From Candidatus Bathyarchaeum tardum (GTDB lineage Archaea; Thermoproteota; Bathyarchaeia; Bathyarchaeales; Bathyarchaeaceae), in the NCBI GenBank assembly GCA_024650005.2, contig CP122380.1, positions 1,888,001-1,952,000 of the forward strand: a stretch of 64,000 bases of DNA. The letters run 5' to 3'. This document shows, piece by piece, positions 28,777 through 38,603 of this stretch (position 1 is the first letter of the stretch; each line of letters begins with the position of its first letter). Under the pieces are notes generated by a model. The model made no database searches and was not told where the DNA came from. It worked only from the letters and a program-made list of their open reading frames with translations. The position numbers and the translations under genes were made by a program.

Positions 28777-30561
28777 ATGGTCATAGATTCAAAAAAACTC
28801 AAAAAGCTGTACTTGGAGTTTTTCACCCGAAATAATCACAGTTTGATTCCTAATTCGCCTCTTATTCCAGAGTACGACCCAACTGTTTTGTTCACTCCCG
28901 CGGGTATGCATCCCCTTATTCCACATTTTTTGGGTCAGCCTCATCCTCTGGGGAAACGATTGACTAACGTGCAACGGTGTTTTAGAACCGGAGACATCGA
29001 ATGTGTTGGGGACAGTTCTCACATGACCTTTTTTGAAATGCTCGGCAATTGGTCTTTAGGTGATTACTTCAAAAAAGAAGCCATCAGCTTAAGCTACGAG
29101 TTTTTGACAAACAAGCAGTGGTTGAATCTTGACAAAAAACTTGTGTCAGTAACAGTTTTTGAGGGAGACCAAAACGCCCCCAAAGACACAGAAAGTTACG
29201 AAGCATGGAGCAGCCAAGGGGTTGCAGATGACCACATCTATTTTTTGGGCAAAGAAGACAACTGGTGGGGTCCAGTAGGCAACACAGGTCCTTGCGGTCC
29301 ATGCACGGAAATGTTTTACGACACAGGAAAAGAGCCCTGCGGTCCATCCTGTAGACCAGGTTGTTCTTGTGGCAAATATTTTGAGCTTTGGAACGATGTA
29401 TTCATGGAGTATAACAGGACTCCTGAAGGCTGTTACGAGTTACTCAAGCAAAAAAACGTTGACACCGGCATGGGCGTAGAACATACAGCAGCTATGCTAG
29501 AAGGAAAACAGAACGTTTTCCAGATTGGAGTAGTTAGGCCAATAGCACAAAAAGTTGAAGACCTTGCTTCCATTAGCTCTCCAACTGCTGCAGAAGAACG
29601 TTCCATCAGAATCATTACGGATCATGTTCGGGCGTCTACCTTCTTTTTGGGAGACGAAAGAGGTGTAAAGCCAACTAACACTGACAGGGGCTATGTTTTG
29701 CGTCGATTAATTCGTCGTGCCATACGGTTTGGGCGAGTGCTTGGCATTGAGCAGGATTTTTTGACTGACCTTGCGGGCATTGTTATTGAGATTAACAAGG
29801 ATGATTATCCCCTTCTTGAAGAAAAGCAAGCCAGCATATTCGAGGAGTTAAGCAAAGAAGAAACAAAATTCAAACGGACGTTAGAGAAAGGATTACGAAA
29901 GTTCAATCAGATTTCTGAAAGATGTTCAAAAATTGATGGCAAAAACGCGTTTTTGCTTTTCCAAAGTTTTGGTTTTCCTATCGAGTTAACTAAAGAGTTG
30001 GCAGAAGAAAAGGGCGTAGAAATCGACGAAAAAGAGTTCCAGCAAGAGTACGAGTGTCACCAGAAAGTTTCAGCTGCTAGTGCAAAGAAGTTATTCAAGG
30101 GTGGTTTGAGTGACGCATCAGAACAAACCAAGAAGCTTCATACTGCGACTCATTTATTGAATGAAGCTTTGCGTGTTGTTTTGAAAAACAAAGATATTGT
30201 TCAGCGGGGCTCAAACATTACTCCTGAGCGGTTGCGGTTTGATTTCAATTACGACCGTGCATTAACTCCTGAAGAGGTTGCTGCTGTTGAAGCGTTGGTT
30301 AATGAGCAAATCCAGAAAGCTTTGCCAGTTGTAAGAAAAGAAATGTCAGTTGAAGAAGCAAAAAAGAAAGGTGCTCAAGCAATCTTTGACGACAAATACG
30401 GTAACACGGTGTCAGTTTACTCAGCAGGAGATTTCTGCACTGAAATCTGCGGCGGACCCCATGTATGCAACACCAAAGAGTTAGGCAAATTCAAAATAGT
30501 AAAACAAAAAGGCATCGCAGCAGGCGTTAGAAGAATTCGCGCGGTACTAAAAAAGTGCTAA
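28777..30561 (+). CDS. alaS: Alanine--tRNA ligase, compact form (594 aa) lacking C-Ala
   Basis: DPTVLFTPAGM, TFFEMLGNWSLGDYFK, GPCGPCTE, DTGMG, HTATH and CGGPH editing motifs, ends AAGVRRIRA. Confidence 0.93.
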   Translation: MVIDSKKLKKLYLEFFTRNNHSLIPNSPLIPEYDPTVLFTPAGMHPLIPHFLGQPHPLGKRLTNVQRCFRTGDIECVGDSSHMTFFEMLGNWSLGDYFKKEAISLSYEFLTNKQWLNLDKKLVSVTVFEGDQNAPKDTESYEAWSSQGVADDHIYFLGKEDNWWGPVGNTGPCGPCTEMFYDTGKEPCGPSCRPGCSCGKYFELWNDVFMEYNRTPEGCYELLKQKNVDTGMGVEHTAAMLEGKQNVFQIGVVRPIAQKVEDLASISSPTAAEERSIRIITDHVRASTFFLGDERGVKPTNTDRGYVLRRLIRRAIRFGRVLGIEQDFLTDLAGIVIEINKDDYPLLEEKQASIFEELSKEETKFKRTLEKGLRKFNQISERCSKIDGKNAFLLFQSFGFPIELTKELAEEKGVEIDEKEFQQEYECHQKVSAASAKKLFKGGLSDASEQTKKLHTATHLLNEALRVVLKNKDIVQRGSNITPERLRFDFNYDRALTPEEVAAVEALVNEQIQKALPVVRKEMSVEEAKKKGAQAIFDDKYGNTVSVYSAGDFCTEICGGPHVCNTKELGKFKIVKQKGIAAGVRRIRAVLKKC

Positions 30562-30576
30562 AAAACAAAGTCATGT

Positions 30577-30630
30577 TGGCATAAAAAAGGGATTTAACTC
30601 AAACTCGTTAGGATTTGGTTAATTTCCCTT
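30577..30630. terminator. Imperfect hairpin, probable bidirectional terminator
   Basis: AAGGGATTTAAC...GTTAATTTCCCTT arms with A-run on left and T-rich tract on right. Confidence 0.45.
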
Positions 30631-30684
30631 CTTTTGTTCATGTTTCTTCTTTTTGTTTTGGTTCTTTTTTGCTAATGAAGGCAA
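30619..30684 (-). CDS. Putative 21-aa lysine-rich peptide
   Basis: TTG-start MPSLAKKNQNKKKKHEQKKGN preceded by GAGGGGGG SD-like sequence. Confidence 0.35.
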   Translation of the reverse strand: MPSLAKKNQNKKKKHEQKKGN

Positions 30685-30800
30685 CCCTGTTTCCCCCCTC
30701 AGCGGATTTACTAATTACAATACAAAATTGTCCAATATATTAACTTAACAACAATAAAGGGAGCAGCAGAGACTAACTTTTTAATTTATCCAATTACAAT

Positions 30801-31274
30801 TTATTCAATGAATTTACTTCCAAGGATTAATGCCCATGCATTGATTTTTTCTGGATTAAAATTGTTAAAGATTGTTCGCCCCAGCATTTTTTGTCGACCC
30901 CCAAAGGCTTCTGTACTAATTGGTTTCAAGCCATGATAGTTTCCCAAAACGTCTGTAACGTATTTTGTGCAGGCGTCACGGTATTTTTCAGGGTCTCCGG
31001 CGTCACCGCTGCAAACAAAAAACGCCATTTTTTTGGTGTTGAAGTCTTGTTTAAGAAAGTCTAAAACTTCATCATAGATTTTTCCACTGCGCACTCCCGA
31101 ACCTACAACAATATTATTGTATTCATCAAGGTTTAACAGCTTTTTCTTGTTTTTACGTAAATCAACAACTTCCACATCGAAACTGTATTTGCTTTTCAAC
31201 AAAACAGAAATTATCTGAGAAGCTTCCTTAGTTGCCCCACCTTTACTTGCATAAGCTACCAATATTTTATTCAT
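30801..31274 (-). CDS. Flavodoxin-domain protein (HemG-like)
   Basis: ILVAYASKGGATKE FMN loop, VVGSGV, AFGGR. Confidence 0.85.
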   Translation of the reverse strand: MNKILVAYASKGGATKEASQIISVLLKSKYSFDVEVVDLRKNKKKLLNLDEYNNIVVGSGVRSGKIYDEVLDFLKQDFNTKKMAFFVCSGDAGDPEKYRDACTKYVTDVLGNYHGLKPISTEAFGGRQKMLGRTIFNNFNPEKINAWALILGSKFIE

Positions 31275-31410
31275 AAGGGTTATAGCCCCACTCTTTACTG
31301 AATTTACGAAGAATTATATCAATTATCCCAAGTTCTAGTTTAAGAATTATAAATTGATGAAAATACCAGATATTTCAAAAAAGAGGAACGTGAGTTTTGT
31401 TAATAGAAGT

Positions 31411-31578
31411 CTATTCCTTTAGTAGGAATAAGCTCACTGTTGTTAGTATTGTGGAAATTAGTGTTAGCATCCCTAGAACGGGGTGGACATTTGGATATTT
31501 TGTTGCGTCGCAACCTGCAGTTAGTAGGGCAAGAATTATGGGAATTATTGAAAAAATACGGGCAGTTTTCAAATTCAT
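31411..31578 (-). CDS. Small membrane protein, 55 aa, not in ORF track
   Basis: MNLKTARIFSIIPIILALLTAGCDATKYPNVHPVLGMLTLISTILTTVSLFLLKE; strong GAGGTGA SD. Confidence 0.7.
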   Translation of the reverse strand: MNLKTARIFSIIPIILALLTAGCDATKYPNVHPVLGMLTLISTILTTVSLFLLKE

Positions 31579-31628
31579 ATAATCACCTCGTTAAGTGGTT
31601 AATTCAAGTTACTAGTATCATAGATAAA

Positions 31629-31663
31629 TATATATCTTTTTGATATATAATAAAGTTATATAT
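31629..31663. promoter_or_regulatory. Overlapping palindromes, probable PadR operator
   Basis: TATATATC-N5-GATATATA (31629-31649) and ATATATAA-N5-TTATATAT (31643-31663). Confidence 0.55.
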
Positions 31664-31695
31664 TTGAATGGATAAAATAAAAAGGTGAAACCATT

Positions 31696-32250
31696 ATGGG
31701 AAACACAACCCAATTTCTAATACTCGGAATGCTAAGCAAAGAACCCATGACAGGATACGACATCAAAAAAACAGTAAAAAAAACCAACATGGACTCATTT
31801 TGGGACATCAGCTATGGTCAAATTTATCCCACCTTGCACACTTTGGAAAAAGAGGGGGCAATAACAAAAAAAGTAGAAATAAACCAAAACCGACCTAACC
31901 GGAAAATATACTCCATTACCAGCCAAGGCATAAAAAAACTTCAGGATTGGTTACAAAAACCAGCTGAACCCGAAAAAGTCAAAATTGAAACATTACTTAA
32001 AGTCGGATTTGGCGAACAAACAACAAAAAACGAAGTTATTAAACACCTAAAAGAATTCAAAAAACGCTGCAATTCAAGGCTTGAAAACGCTATTGCCTTT
32101 GAAAACGAGATAAAAAACAGACCCAATCAAACCGAAAGAGGCTTTTACACATTACTAACAGTATTACTGGGCAAAAATTTTGAAAAAGCAGGAATAGACT
32201 GGGCAGACACAGCAATAAAACTACTAAACGAACATATTGAACAAAAATGA
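31696..32250 (+). CDS. PadR-family transcriptional regulator
   Basis: ILGML..EPMTGYDI, SYGQIYPTL, RKIYSIT..G. Confidence 0.93.
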   Translation: MGNTTQFLILGMLSKEPMTGYDIKKTVKKTNMDSFWDISYGQIYPTLHTLEKEGAITKKVEINQNRPNRKIYSITSQGIKKLQDWLQKPAEPEKVKIETLLKVGFGEQTTKNEVIKHLKEFKKRCNSRLENAIAFENEIKNRPNQTERGFYTLLTVLLGKNFEKAGIDWADTAIKLLNEHIEQK

Positions 32251-32274
32251 AAACAAAAGGATTAACTGAAAAAC

Positions 32275-32694
32275 ATGAAAAAATCCAAGAAACAGGTCAC
32301 CTTCAAACAGCGGTACCTTGGAATCGTGTTTATTGTTATTGTTCAGGCAATTGTTGGAACTATACACCTGTTTTTTGGATTAGCGTTGATTTCAGGCAAT
32401 TTCTCATTTAGCACGTATCCGACAATGTTTAGTTACAGCATTTACACTTTGGTTTACGGATCGTTAACAATAATTTTCACATACTGGATTTGGAAAGAAA
32501 AACAGTTAGGCTGGATAGGAACCGTAACAATCGCATTATTTGTGATCACAGTTGATTCCCTAGCAGTGTTCAATGTAACAAACTTTCTTGGAATTCCTGC
32601 ACCAAAAGTCGCCGCAATAGGAGAAATACCATACAGCATGCTAGCGTTAGTGTACCTTCTCCAAAATCATGTGAGGGCAAAATACAATATCTAA
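32275..32694 (+). CDS. Hypothetical 4-TM membrane protein
   Basis: Hydrophobic 139-aa ORF directly after padR. Confidence 0.7.
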   Translation: MKKSKKQVTFKQRYLGIVFIVIVQAIVGTIHLFFGLALISGNFSFSTYPTMFSYSIYTLVYGSLTIIFTYWIWKEKQLGWIGTVTIALFVITVDSLAVFNVTNFLGIPAPKVAAIGEIPYSMLALVYLLQNHVRAKYNI

Positions 32695-33995
32695 CTTTTT
32701 TTGGCGAGTTTTCTTGTTACAGAATATACTAATAGAACAATTAAAGCTGAAATTACAATTATCACAAAAATGAAAAGCATCAATGAAGGAGAGCTGGGCT
32801 CATTAAGTGTTTGTGCTTTGATTAACCAAAAATCATAGTCTCCAGTTTCCCATGAACCCAAAGCCCCAGATAAAATGTAATCGCCATCCATGGTTTGAAA
32901 CAATGAAGGATAACCCAAAAGTGCATTACCAATAAAGGTCTGATTCCACTGCATTTTTCCATGTTCATCAGTTTTAATTAACAAAAAATCAGACAAACGA
33001 TCATCATCAGGTCTTACAACGTAACTTGCCACAGCAAAGCCACCGTCGGAAGTCTGAATAACAGTAGGAAAACGAACCATATTATGTAATCCATAGTTTT
33101 TAGTCCACTTAATATTTCCAGCAGAATCAAGTTTAGTCATACAGAAATCAAAGCTTTGATAATCCAAAGAACGAGAGTAACCTGCAAAAACAAGACTTCC
33201 ATCGAACACCTGAACAAAAGAATGGACATTCTGCATGTTCAAATCAGTTTGATTCCATTCCACATTTCCAACAGAATCAGTTTTCATAACTAAAAAGCCA
33301 GCAAAACCATTAAATTTCGTAGAAAGGGTCCGAATAAAAACAAATCCACCATCATGGGTCTGGATTAAACCAGATGCACGATCGGGTTCAGAATAATTGT
33401 AAAGTTTGCTCCATTCTTTGTTTCCAAGAGAGTCGGTTTTAATCAACAAAAAATCGTCAGAGTCACCGATAGATGAAAAAGAATTTCCCAACAAGGCATA
33501 CCCGCCATCTGAAGTCTGGGTCACAGAAGCCCCGTTAAAATGACCCACTTCTGCATCGTAGGTTTGGTTCCATTCCATGTTTCCATGCTCATCAGTTTTA
33601 GCCAACCAAACATACGACCAAAACCCATCAGGCAACTGCCCAACTGGGATATACCCTTCAAAAGTGAAGGCATCCGTGCCCACAAAAATAAATCCCCCAT
33701 CATTAGTTTGAACACAAGAAGACCCCCAATCAATCGTTTTGTTCCATTGCATATCACCTTCTGCATCAGCTTTCACTAACCAACCTACACCTGAACCAAA
33801 AGAGTAAGAGTGCCCAAACAAAACAACTCCACCATCACCAGTTTGAAAACTAGAGACGCAAATATCCATTCCGTCACCGCCATAAGTTCGACTCCACATC
33901 ATGGAAGCTTCAGCAAAAATAGTGAAAAGAGAACTAACTAAAACACCCACAATTACCAACAAAAACAGCATTGTTAGTTGTTTCATCGAAGTCAC
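32691..33995 (-). CDS. Secreted beta-propeller-like repeat protein, C-terminal TM anchor
   Basis: Same W..TYGG / QT.DGG / KTD..GN.EW repeats as 13633-14754. Confidence 0.8.
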   Translation of the reverse strand: MTSMKQLTMLFLLVIVGVLVSSLFTIFAEASMMWSRTYGGDGMDICVSSFQTGDGGVVLFGHSYSFGSGVGWLVKADAEGDMQWNKTIDWGSSCVQTNDGGFIFVGTDAFTFEGYIPVGQLPDGFWSYVWLAKTDEHGNMEWNQTYDAEVGHFNGASVTQTSDGGYALLGNSFSSIGDSDDFLLIKTDSLGNKEWSKLYNYSEPDRASGLIQTHDGGFVFIRTLSTKFNGFAGFLVMKTDSVGNVEWNQTDLNMQNVHSFVQVFDGSLVFAGYSRSLDYQSFDFCMTKLDSAGNIKWTKNYGLHNMVRFPTVIQTSDGGFAVASYVVRPDDDRLSDFLLIKTDEHGKMQWNQTFIGNALLGYPSLFQTMDGDYILSGALGSWETGDYDFWLIKAQTLNEPSSPSLMLFIFVIIVISALIVLLVYSVTRKLAKKS

Positions 33996-34033
33996 AAATT
34001 ACTTTTTGGCGAATTCAATGAAAAAGGGTTTTT

Positions 34034-34084
34034 GTCAAGAAACATTGACCAAAAATCAACTCTGGCTTGTCAAGAAAGTTTGAC
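34034..34084. promoter_or_regulatory. Tandem operators GTCAA-N6-TTGAC, 35-bp spacing
   Basis: GTCAAGAAACATTGAC (34034-34049) and GTCAAGAAAGTTTGAC (34069-34084). Confidence 0.75.
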
Positions 34085-34193
34085 CAAAATTATCATCCTT
34101 TTTCGCATTTTAAAGATGAATCTGGATGTTTACTGCATTTAAAATTTTTTCTGTACCGTAGGTAGTTTGGTTTAGTTGTTGAATTTAGTGTTG

Positions 34194-35783
34194 TTATCCT
34201 AGGCTTTTTCTTAGTTTAGCAGCTTCGTTTACGTAATATTTTGCTTGTTGGTCGTGCTGTTCCAAGTAAGAGATTAAGAAATTGTTCAAGGCGTTTTCGT
34301 ATTTTCGTTGGGTGAGGGTTCGGGGACCAAACTTGACCCCAAGATTTTCCTGAGCCACGTTAATATCCAACAACAAACGGGTAAGACCCGAACTCAAACG
34401 GTTCTCATTCATGCCAGCAGATTTGGAAACTTCCTTATACATTCCCATCAACATGTTGATGTTTTGCCACGATAAAAGCTGAGCAACAGCACAAAGGTCT
34501 GAGCGCAAATTAACATAATTTCGGTTAAGGACTTCTTGTTCTTCTTCAGTTAATTCAGTTAAGGCTGACAACCCAACAAACTCGGCAGGAATACCCAAAG
34601 AATAAAACACCGCAGCAAAAGTAATTGCCCGAGGCAACTCAACACCCTCCACCACGTTTCTGCTGTAACCAAACAACCCAATATGCAGTTTTCGTGCCCG
34701 ACGCTTAGGAATAAATGGCACCACCTTAGAAATCAGGGGAGCTAAATCTTCCACTACCAACTGGTACTTGGATTGGAACTTTTTAATCACTCCAAGCAAG
34801 ATTTTCTCTTCTTCTGAGTCAATAAGGGCTGGCTCACCAAAGGGAAGCTTCTCATTCAAAGTAGAAACAACCCGTTTAACGGCATCAAGACCAAAATCGT
34901 ACTTCAAGCCCGATTGAACAGTTGCCGTGGTAACTCCTTTGTATTCCTCCAAGAACAAATCCAAATTGTCAGGAGATAAATGACCCCTAAACGGCAAGGA
35001 ACCCACACCCACAATAGGATATAAAGGAACATCCTTGCGTTTCTCCAGAATCTTCAGTTTCGACAACGCAATCTTTGAAAGAAGAGTGGCACAAACTAAG
35101 CCATAGTTAAGGGCAGGATCAGACCGCGCCAAAAAAACTCGCATATATTTTGGCTTAACAGCATCAATGTAAGGTTCAACTATTTTGTCCGCTTTCAATA
35201 AACTGTCCATGTCTTCAATCAAAGGAATAATTTGAATACTATTTGGCCGAACAGAACCAATCCAATCCTTAACCGTAACAGAATCCTGTAACTCAATGTC
35301 TTGTACTCCAACAATGGCTTTTCTGTAATAATTAAACAAAGACAGCAACTCGCTGCTGTCAGTGGTCAATGGGAGAATAACTTCAAAAATAGGCGCAACC
35401 TCGCATTTGTAGAATGCTGAACCAACATCACAGCCTGCAGTTATGTTTTGAAGAGTTTCAACAACGATTTTGCGTTCAGTAGCTTCAACCCGAGGATTAG
35501 GAATACGATACGTCAAAAAAAGGTCGCGACCAAGCACATTATCCTTGAAATAGTCAGGATTAAAGCTCAAAAGTTTACGAACAACACGAATGTCAGTGTC
35601 TTTTCCTTCGGAATCCCACATAACCTCGTGGCAACCCAACTCCTTGTAAGCAAAATATGCCTCATGAATCTCAGAGTCTCCTTCAATCAGTTCCTCAGTT
35701 TGCCACAACGGAGCAGAAGCATTATCCGGATGCTGCGTCGACATAGAACGCGGAATTAATCTATCACCAGAAGACTTCTCCAA
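34194..35783 (-). CDS. ppcA: Archaeal-type phosphoenolpyruvate carboxylase
   Basis: MSTQHPDNA, MWDSEGK, FLARSDPALNYG, GSLPFRGHL, RKLHIGLFGYSR, LPRAITF. Confidence 0.96.
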   Translation of the reverse strand: MEKSSGDRLIPRSMSTQHPDNASAPLWQTEELIEGDSEIHEAYFAYKELGCHEVMWDSEGKDTDIRVVRKLLSFNPDYFKDNVLGRDLFLTYRIPNPRVEATERKIVVETLQNITAGCDVGSAFYKCEVAPIFEVILPLTTDSSELLSLFNYYRKAIVGVQDIELQDSVTVKDWIGSVRPNSIQIIPLIEDMDSLLKADKIVEPYIDAVKPKYMRVFLARSDPALNYGLVCATLLSKIALSKLKILEKRKDVPLYPIVGVGSLPFRGHLSPDNLDLFLEEYKGVTTATVQSGLKYDFGLDAVKRVVSTLNEKLPFGEPALIDSEEEKILLGVIKKFQSKYQLVVEDLAPLISKVVPFIPKRRARKLHIGLFGYSRNVVEGVELPRAITFAAVFYSLGIPAEFVGLSALTELTEEEQEVLNRNYVNLRSDLCAVAQLLSWQNINMLMGMYKEVSKSAGMNENRLSSGLTRLLLDINVAQENLGVKFGPRTLTQRKYENALNNFLISYLEQHDQQAKYYVNEAAKLRKSLG

Positions 35784-35932
35784 ATCTTAACGCCAACCTA
35801 CTTGGATAAAGCAAGCTAGCCATTAATATATTTCCATTTTAAATATTCAGCCAATCACGCCATAAACGATGCTGCCTTTGAAAAACAAGGATAATAAACC
35901 ACCAGAACCATAACTAACCAGAAGAGAAAAAC

Positions 35933-37150
35933 ATGAAAAAAGCTTTCACTATTCCGTTAGTGTGCATGCTATTAATAGTAACAACGGGTTTTCTTGTTTC
36001 TTCAGTCCACGAAACATCGAGCACACCAACAAATGCAGATTGTCTAGTTGGCGTAGCCTTCTGTGGAAACACAACCCAAGAAGCAAAGCTACTCATCGAC
36101 AGGGTGAAAGATTACACAAACTTGTTTGTTTTACAGTCTGGACCAGTGAGTGAAAACGAAACAGCAACAACCGAAATCTGTGATTATGCAGTAGAGGCTG
36201 GACTGGATTTAATCGTGTTTTTTGGTGACCTTGATCCCCAAGTACTTCAGATAAAAGAAGAATTTTTGGAAAAAAATGTGACTTGGAGAACTTCTTGGCT
36301 TGCCAAAGCCAAGGAAAAGTATGGTGACAAAATCCTTGGAATTTATTATTATGACGAACCCGGAGGAAAGTGGCTTGATTTCCAAAGCTGGAACATTCTT
36401 ATTGAAAGGGCATTTAATGTTACAGACTACCATGAAGCGATAGTTGAAGCAACATATGATGAAGTAGCCGAAGCATACATACGAGCTGATGAGGGTGACA
36501 GAGGATATCATCAAATTAGAGAGAATTCTTTGATGCTTTTTTCGTCAGATTACGTGCTTTATTGGTTTGATTACCTTATGGGCTATGATGTGATGCTTGC
36601 ACAGATAGGATGGAACCATACTCTTGCCCAAGACATTGCATTAATACGGGGAGCTGCAACAATGCAAAACAAAAGCTGGGGCACGATAATCACATGGAAA
36701 TACAATAATCCCCCTTACCTTGACTCTGCAGAAAACATCTACGACCAGATGCTAACCTCATATAAGACAGGAGCAGAATACATTGTCTTGTTTAATTATC
36801 CAACGTATCCAGAAACAAACCAGTTCGGAATAATGACCGACAATCATTTTGAAACCTTAGAAAACTTTTGGAACAATGTCGTAACTAACTCGGAAGTTAT
36901 TCATGGCTCAGAAAAAGCGGAAGCAGTTTTGGTGTTGCCCCAAAATTATGGTTGGGGAATGCGAAGCCCAACAGACAAAATCTGGGCTTTCTTGGAACCA
37001 ATAGAAGAATCAGACCAAATTTGGACAAATCTTTGCATACTTTTGGAAAAATACGACATAAACTTAGACATCATCTATGACGATCCAAATTATGCGCCAG
37101 AAGACATTTACACTCTGATTTACTACTGGAACCAGAGAATCAACCCATAA
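35933..37150 (+). CDS. Secreted hypothetical protein, possible TIM-barrel hydrolase
   Basis: Signal peptide; GIYYYDEPGG motif; aromatic-rich. Confidence 0.65.
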   Translation: MKKAFTIPLVCMLLIVTTGFLVSSVHETSSTPTNADCLVGVAFCGNTTQEAKLLIDRVKDYTNLFVLQSGPVSENETATTEICDYAVEAGLDLIVFFGDLDPQVLQIKEEFLEKNVTWRTSWLAKAKEKYGDKILGIYYYDEPGGKWLDFQSWNILIERAFNVTDYHEAIVEATYDEVAEAYIRADEGDRGYHQIRENSLMLFSSDYVLYWFDYLMGYDVMLAQIGWNHTLAQDIALIRGAATMQNKSWGTIITWKYNNPPYLDSAENIYDQMLTSYKTGAEYIVLFNYPTYPETNQFGIMTDNHFETLENFWNNVVTNSEVIHGSEKAEAVLVLPQNYGWGMRSPTDKIWAFLEPIEESDQIWTNLCILLEKYDINLDIIYDDPNYAPEDIYTLIYYWNQRINP

Positions 37151-37235
37151 TTGCAAAATAAATAGAATTGCTTTTCTGGTTAACTTTATATGGAGATGTA
37201 AACTTCAAGAGAACATCCAAACTTTGTATCTGTAA

Positions 37236-37817
37236 ATGGGGGATTACAAAAAAATGGATGCAACCGAAGACAGTTCAATTATGCGTGTTGTAAAAACACT
37301 TGCTAAAACAAAAGTCAGCAATCTTGCTATCAACAAGCTTGAACAACTTGCTAACAAAGTTGGAGTAGAAGAAAAAGAACTGTTTCAGCTTTATCTCGAA
37401 GCAAAAAATAATTCACACATAGACAATTTTGCATCAACATCTTACGATGAACGAATTATCCTTTTGCCAAGATGCATACGAGACCTAAATTGCCCAGCCA
37501 AAATTGGAAACAATGGATATGAATGTAAACAATGTGGAAAATGTGATGCTACCGAAATAACAAAAACGACAAAAAAACTTGGATACAAGGGCACTTTTAT
37601 GCTTCCTGGAGGAAGTTTGGCAAAATCAATCATAGCGAAAATGAAACCTAAAGCTGTGATAGGCGTAGCATGCGCAAAAGAACTCATTATGGGAATCTGC
37701 ATGTGCGAAAAAAGTGGAGTATTCGCTCAAGGTGTAGAGTTGTTAAAAGATGGTTGTATAAACACAATCGTAGACATGAAAACCTTAATGAATACAGTTA
37801 AAACCAACAAAATCTAA
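37236..37817 (+). CDS. DUF116-family Cys-rich protein
   Basis: LLPRC...CPA......C..CGKC, PGGS, IGVAC..EL, DGC.NT. Confidence 0.8.
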   Translation: MGDYKKMDATEDSSIMRVVKTLAKTKVSNLAINKLEQLANKVGVEEKELFQLYLEAKNNSHIDNFASTSYDERIILLPRCIRDLNCPAKIGNNGYECKQCGKCDATEITKTTKKLGYKGTFMLPGGSLAKSIIAKMKPKAVIGVACAKELIMGICMCEKSGVFAQGVELLKDGCINTIVDMKTLMNTVKTNKI

Positions 37818-37820
37818 GAT

Positions 37821-38603
37821 TTACTCATCAAAAGGTTGATTGCCAATTTTTTGGATTATTTTTTTTGGCGAAAAAGGAACCAAAACAGCTGACTTAATGT
37901 AACGCCCAATCTTTGGAATCAATCCTACGGCGTCTGTTCCCAATTTGCACAAAACAACTTGCTCCAAGACCCCCAAGGATTCAATTTTAATTATGTCTCG
38001 GGCATGTCTGGACCATTGTATTACTTGTTCAACCTTTGAAAAATGGGAACCGAGAATAACCAATCTATCAAAACGGGAACCAACCCAATCATGAAACAAA
38101 GAAACCTGCTTATCAGACAAAACCGCTTTAACAGTTGAACGGTTCGGATTCACATTTTCTGTAAGTTTGACTTCAACGGGAACATTATTATACAAACAGA
38201 AAAGTTTAACCAATTCCTGAAATGGAATCTGTTTCCCGTCAGCTAATTGAGCCCACAAATCAGTTTCAGAAATTATTGCATCACAAGGTTTAGGCGAAAC
38301 AATCCCCAAATCCACGTGCAGTTCATCACTTTTTTTGTTTGAAGAAAAAATTCTGCCTTTAACAACAGAAAACTTATGCAGTTCATCGAAAAAACAGGGC
38401 GCTAACCCAATTTCTTGCTCAAACAAATTCAGAGCTATTGGTGTATCATTTCCTGAAATGTCGACTTGTATCCAACCGCGGTCTGTTTTACCCCTAAACT
38501 GTAACTGAACTTCAAGACCTTCAACTAAACTAGAATAGAGATCTTGAAAAATTGTTGCAGAATTTGAACCATAAAATTTGTCAAGAAGAGTTATTGTGGG
38601 CAT
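37821..38603 (-). CDS. DUF2110-family protein
   Basis: Conserved position after tfe/HD gene; CKLGTDAVGLIP.IG motif. Confidence 0.75.
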   Translation of the reverse strand: MPTITLLDKFYGSNSATIFQDLYSSLVEGLEVQLQFRGKTDRGWIQVDISGNDTPIALNLFEQEIGLAPCFFDELHKFSVVKGRIFSSNKKSDELHVDLGIVSPKPCDAIISETDLWAQLADGKQIPFQELVKLFCLYNNVPVEVKLTENVNPNRSTVKAVLSDKQVSLFHDWVGSRFDRLVILGSHFSKVEQVIQWSRHARDIIKIESLGVLEQVVLCKLGTDAVGLIPKIGRYIKSAVLVPFSPKKIIQKIGNQPFDE

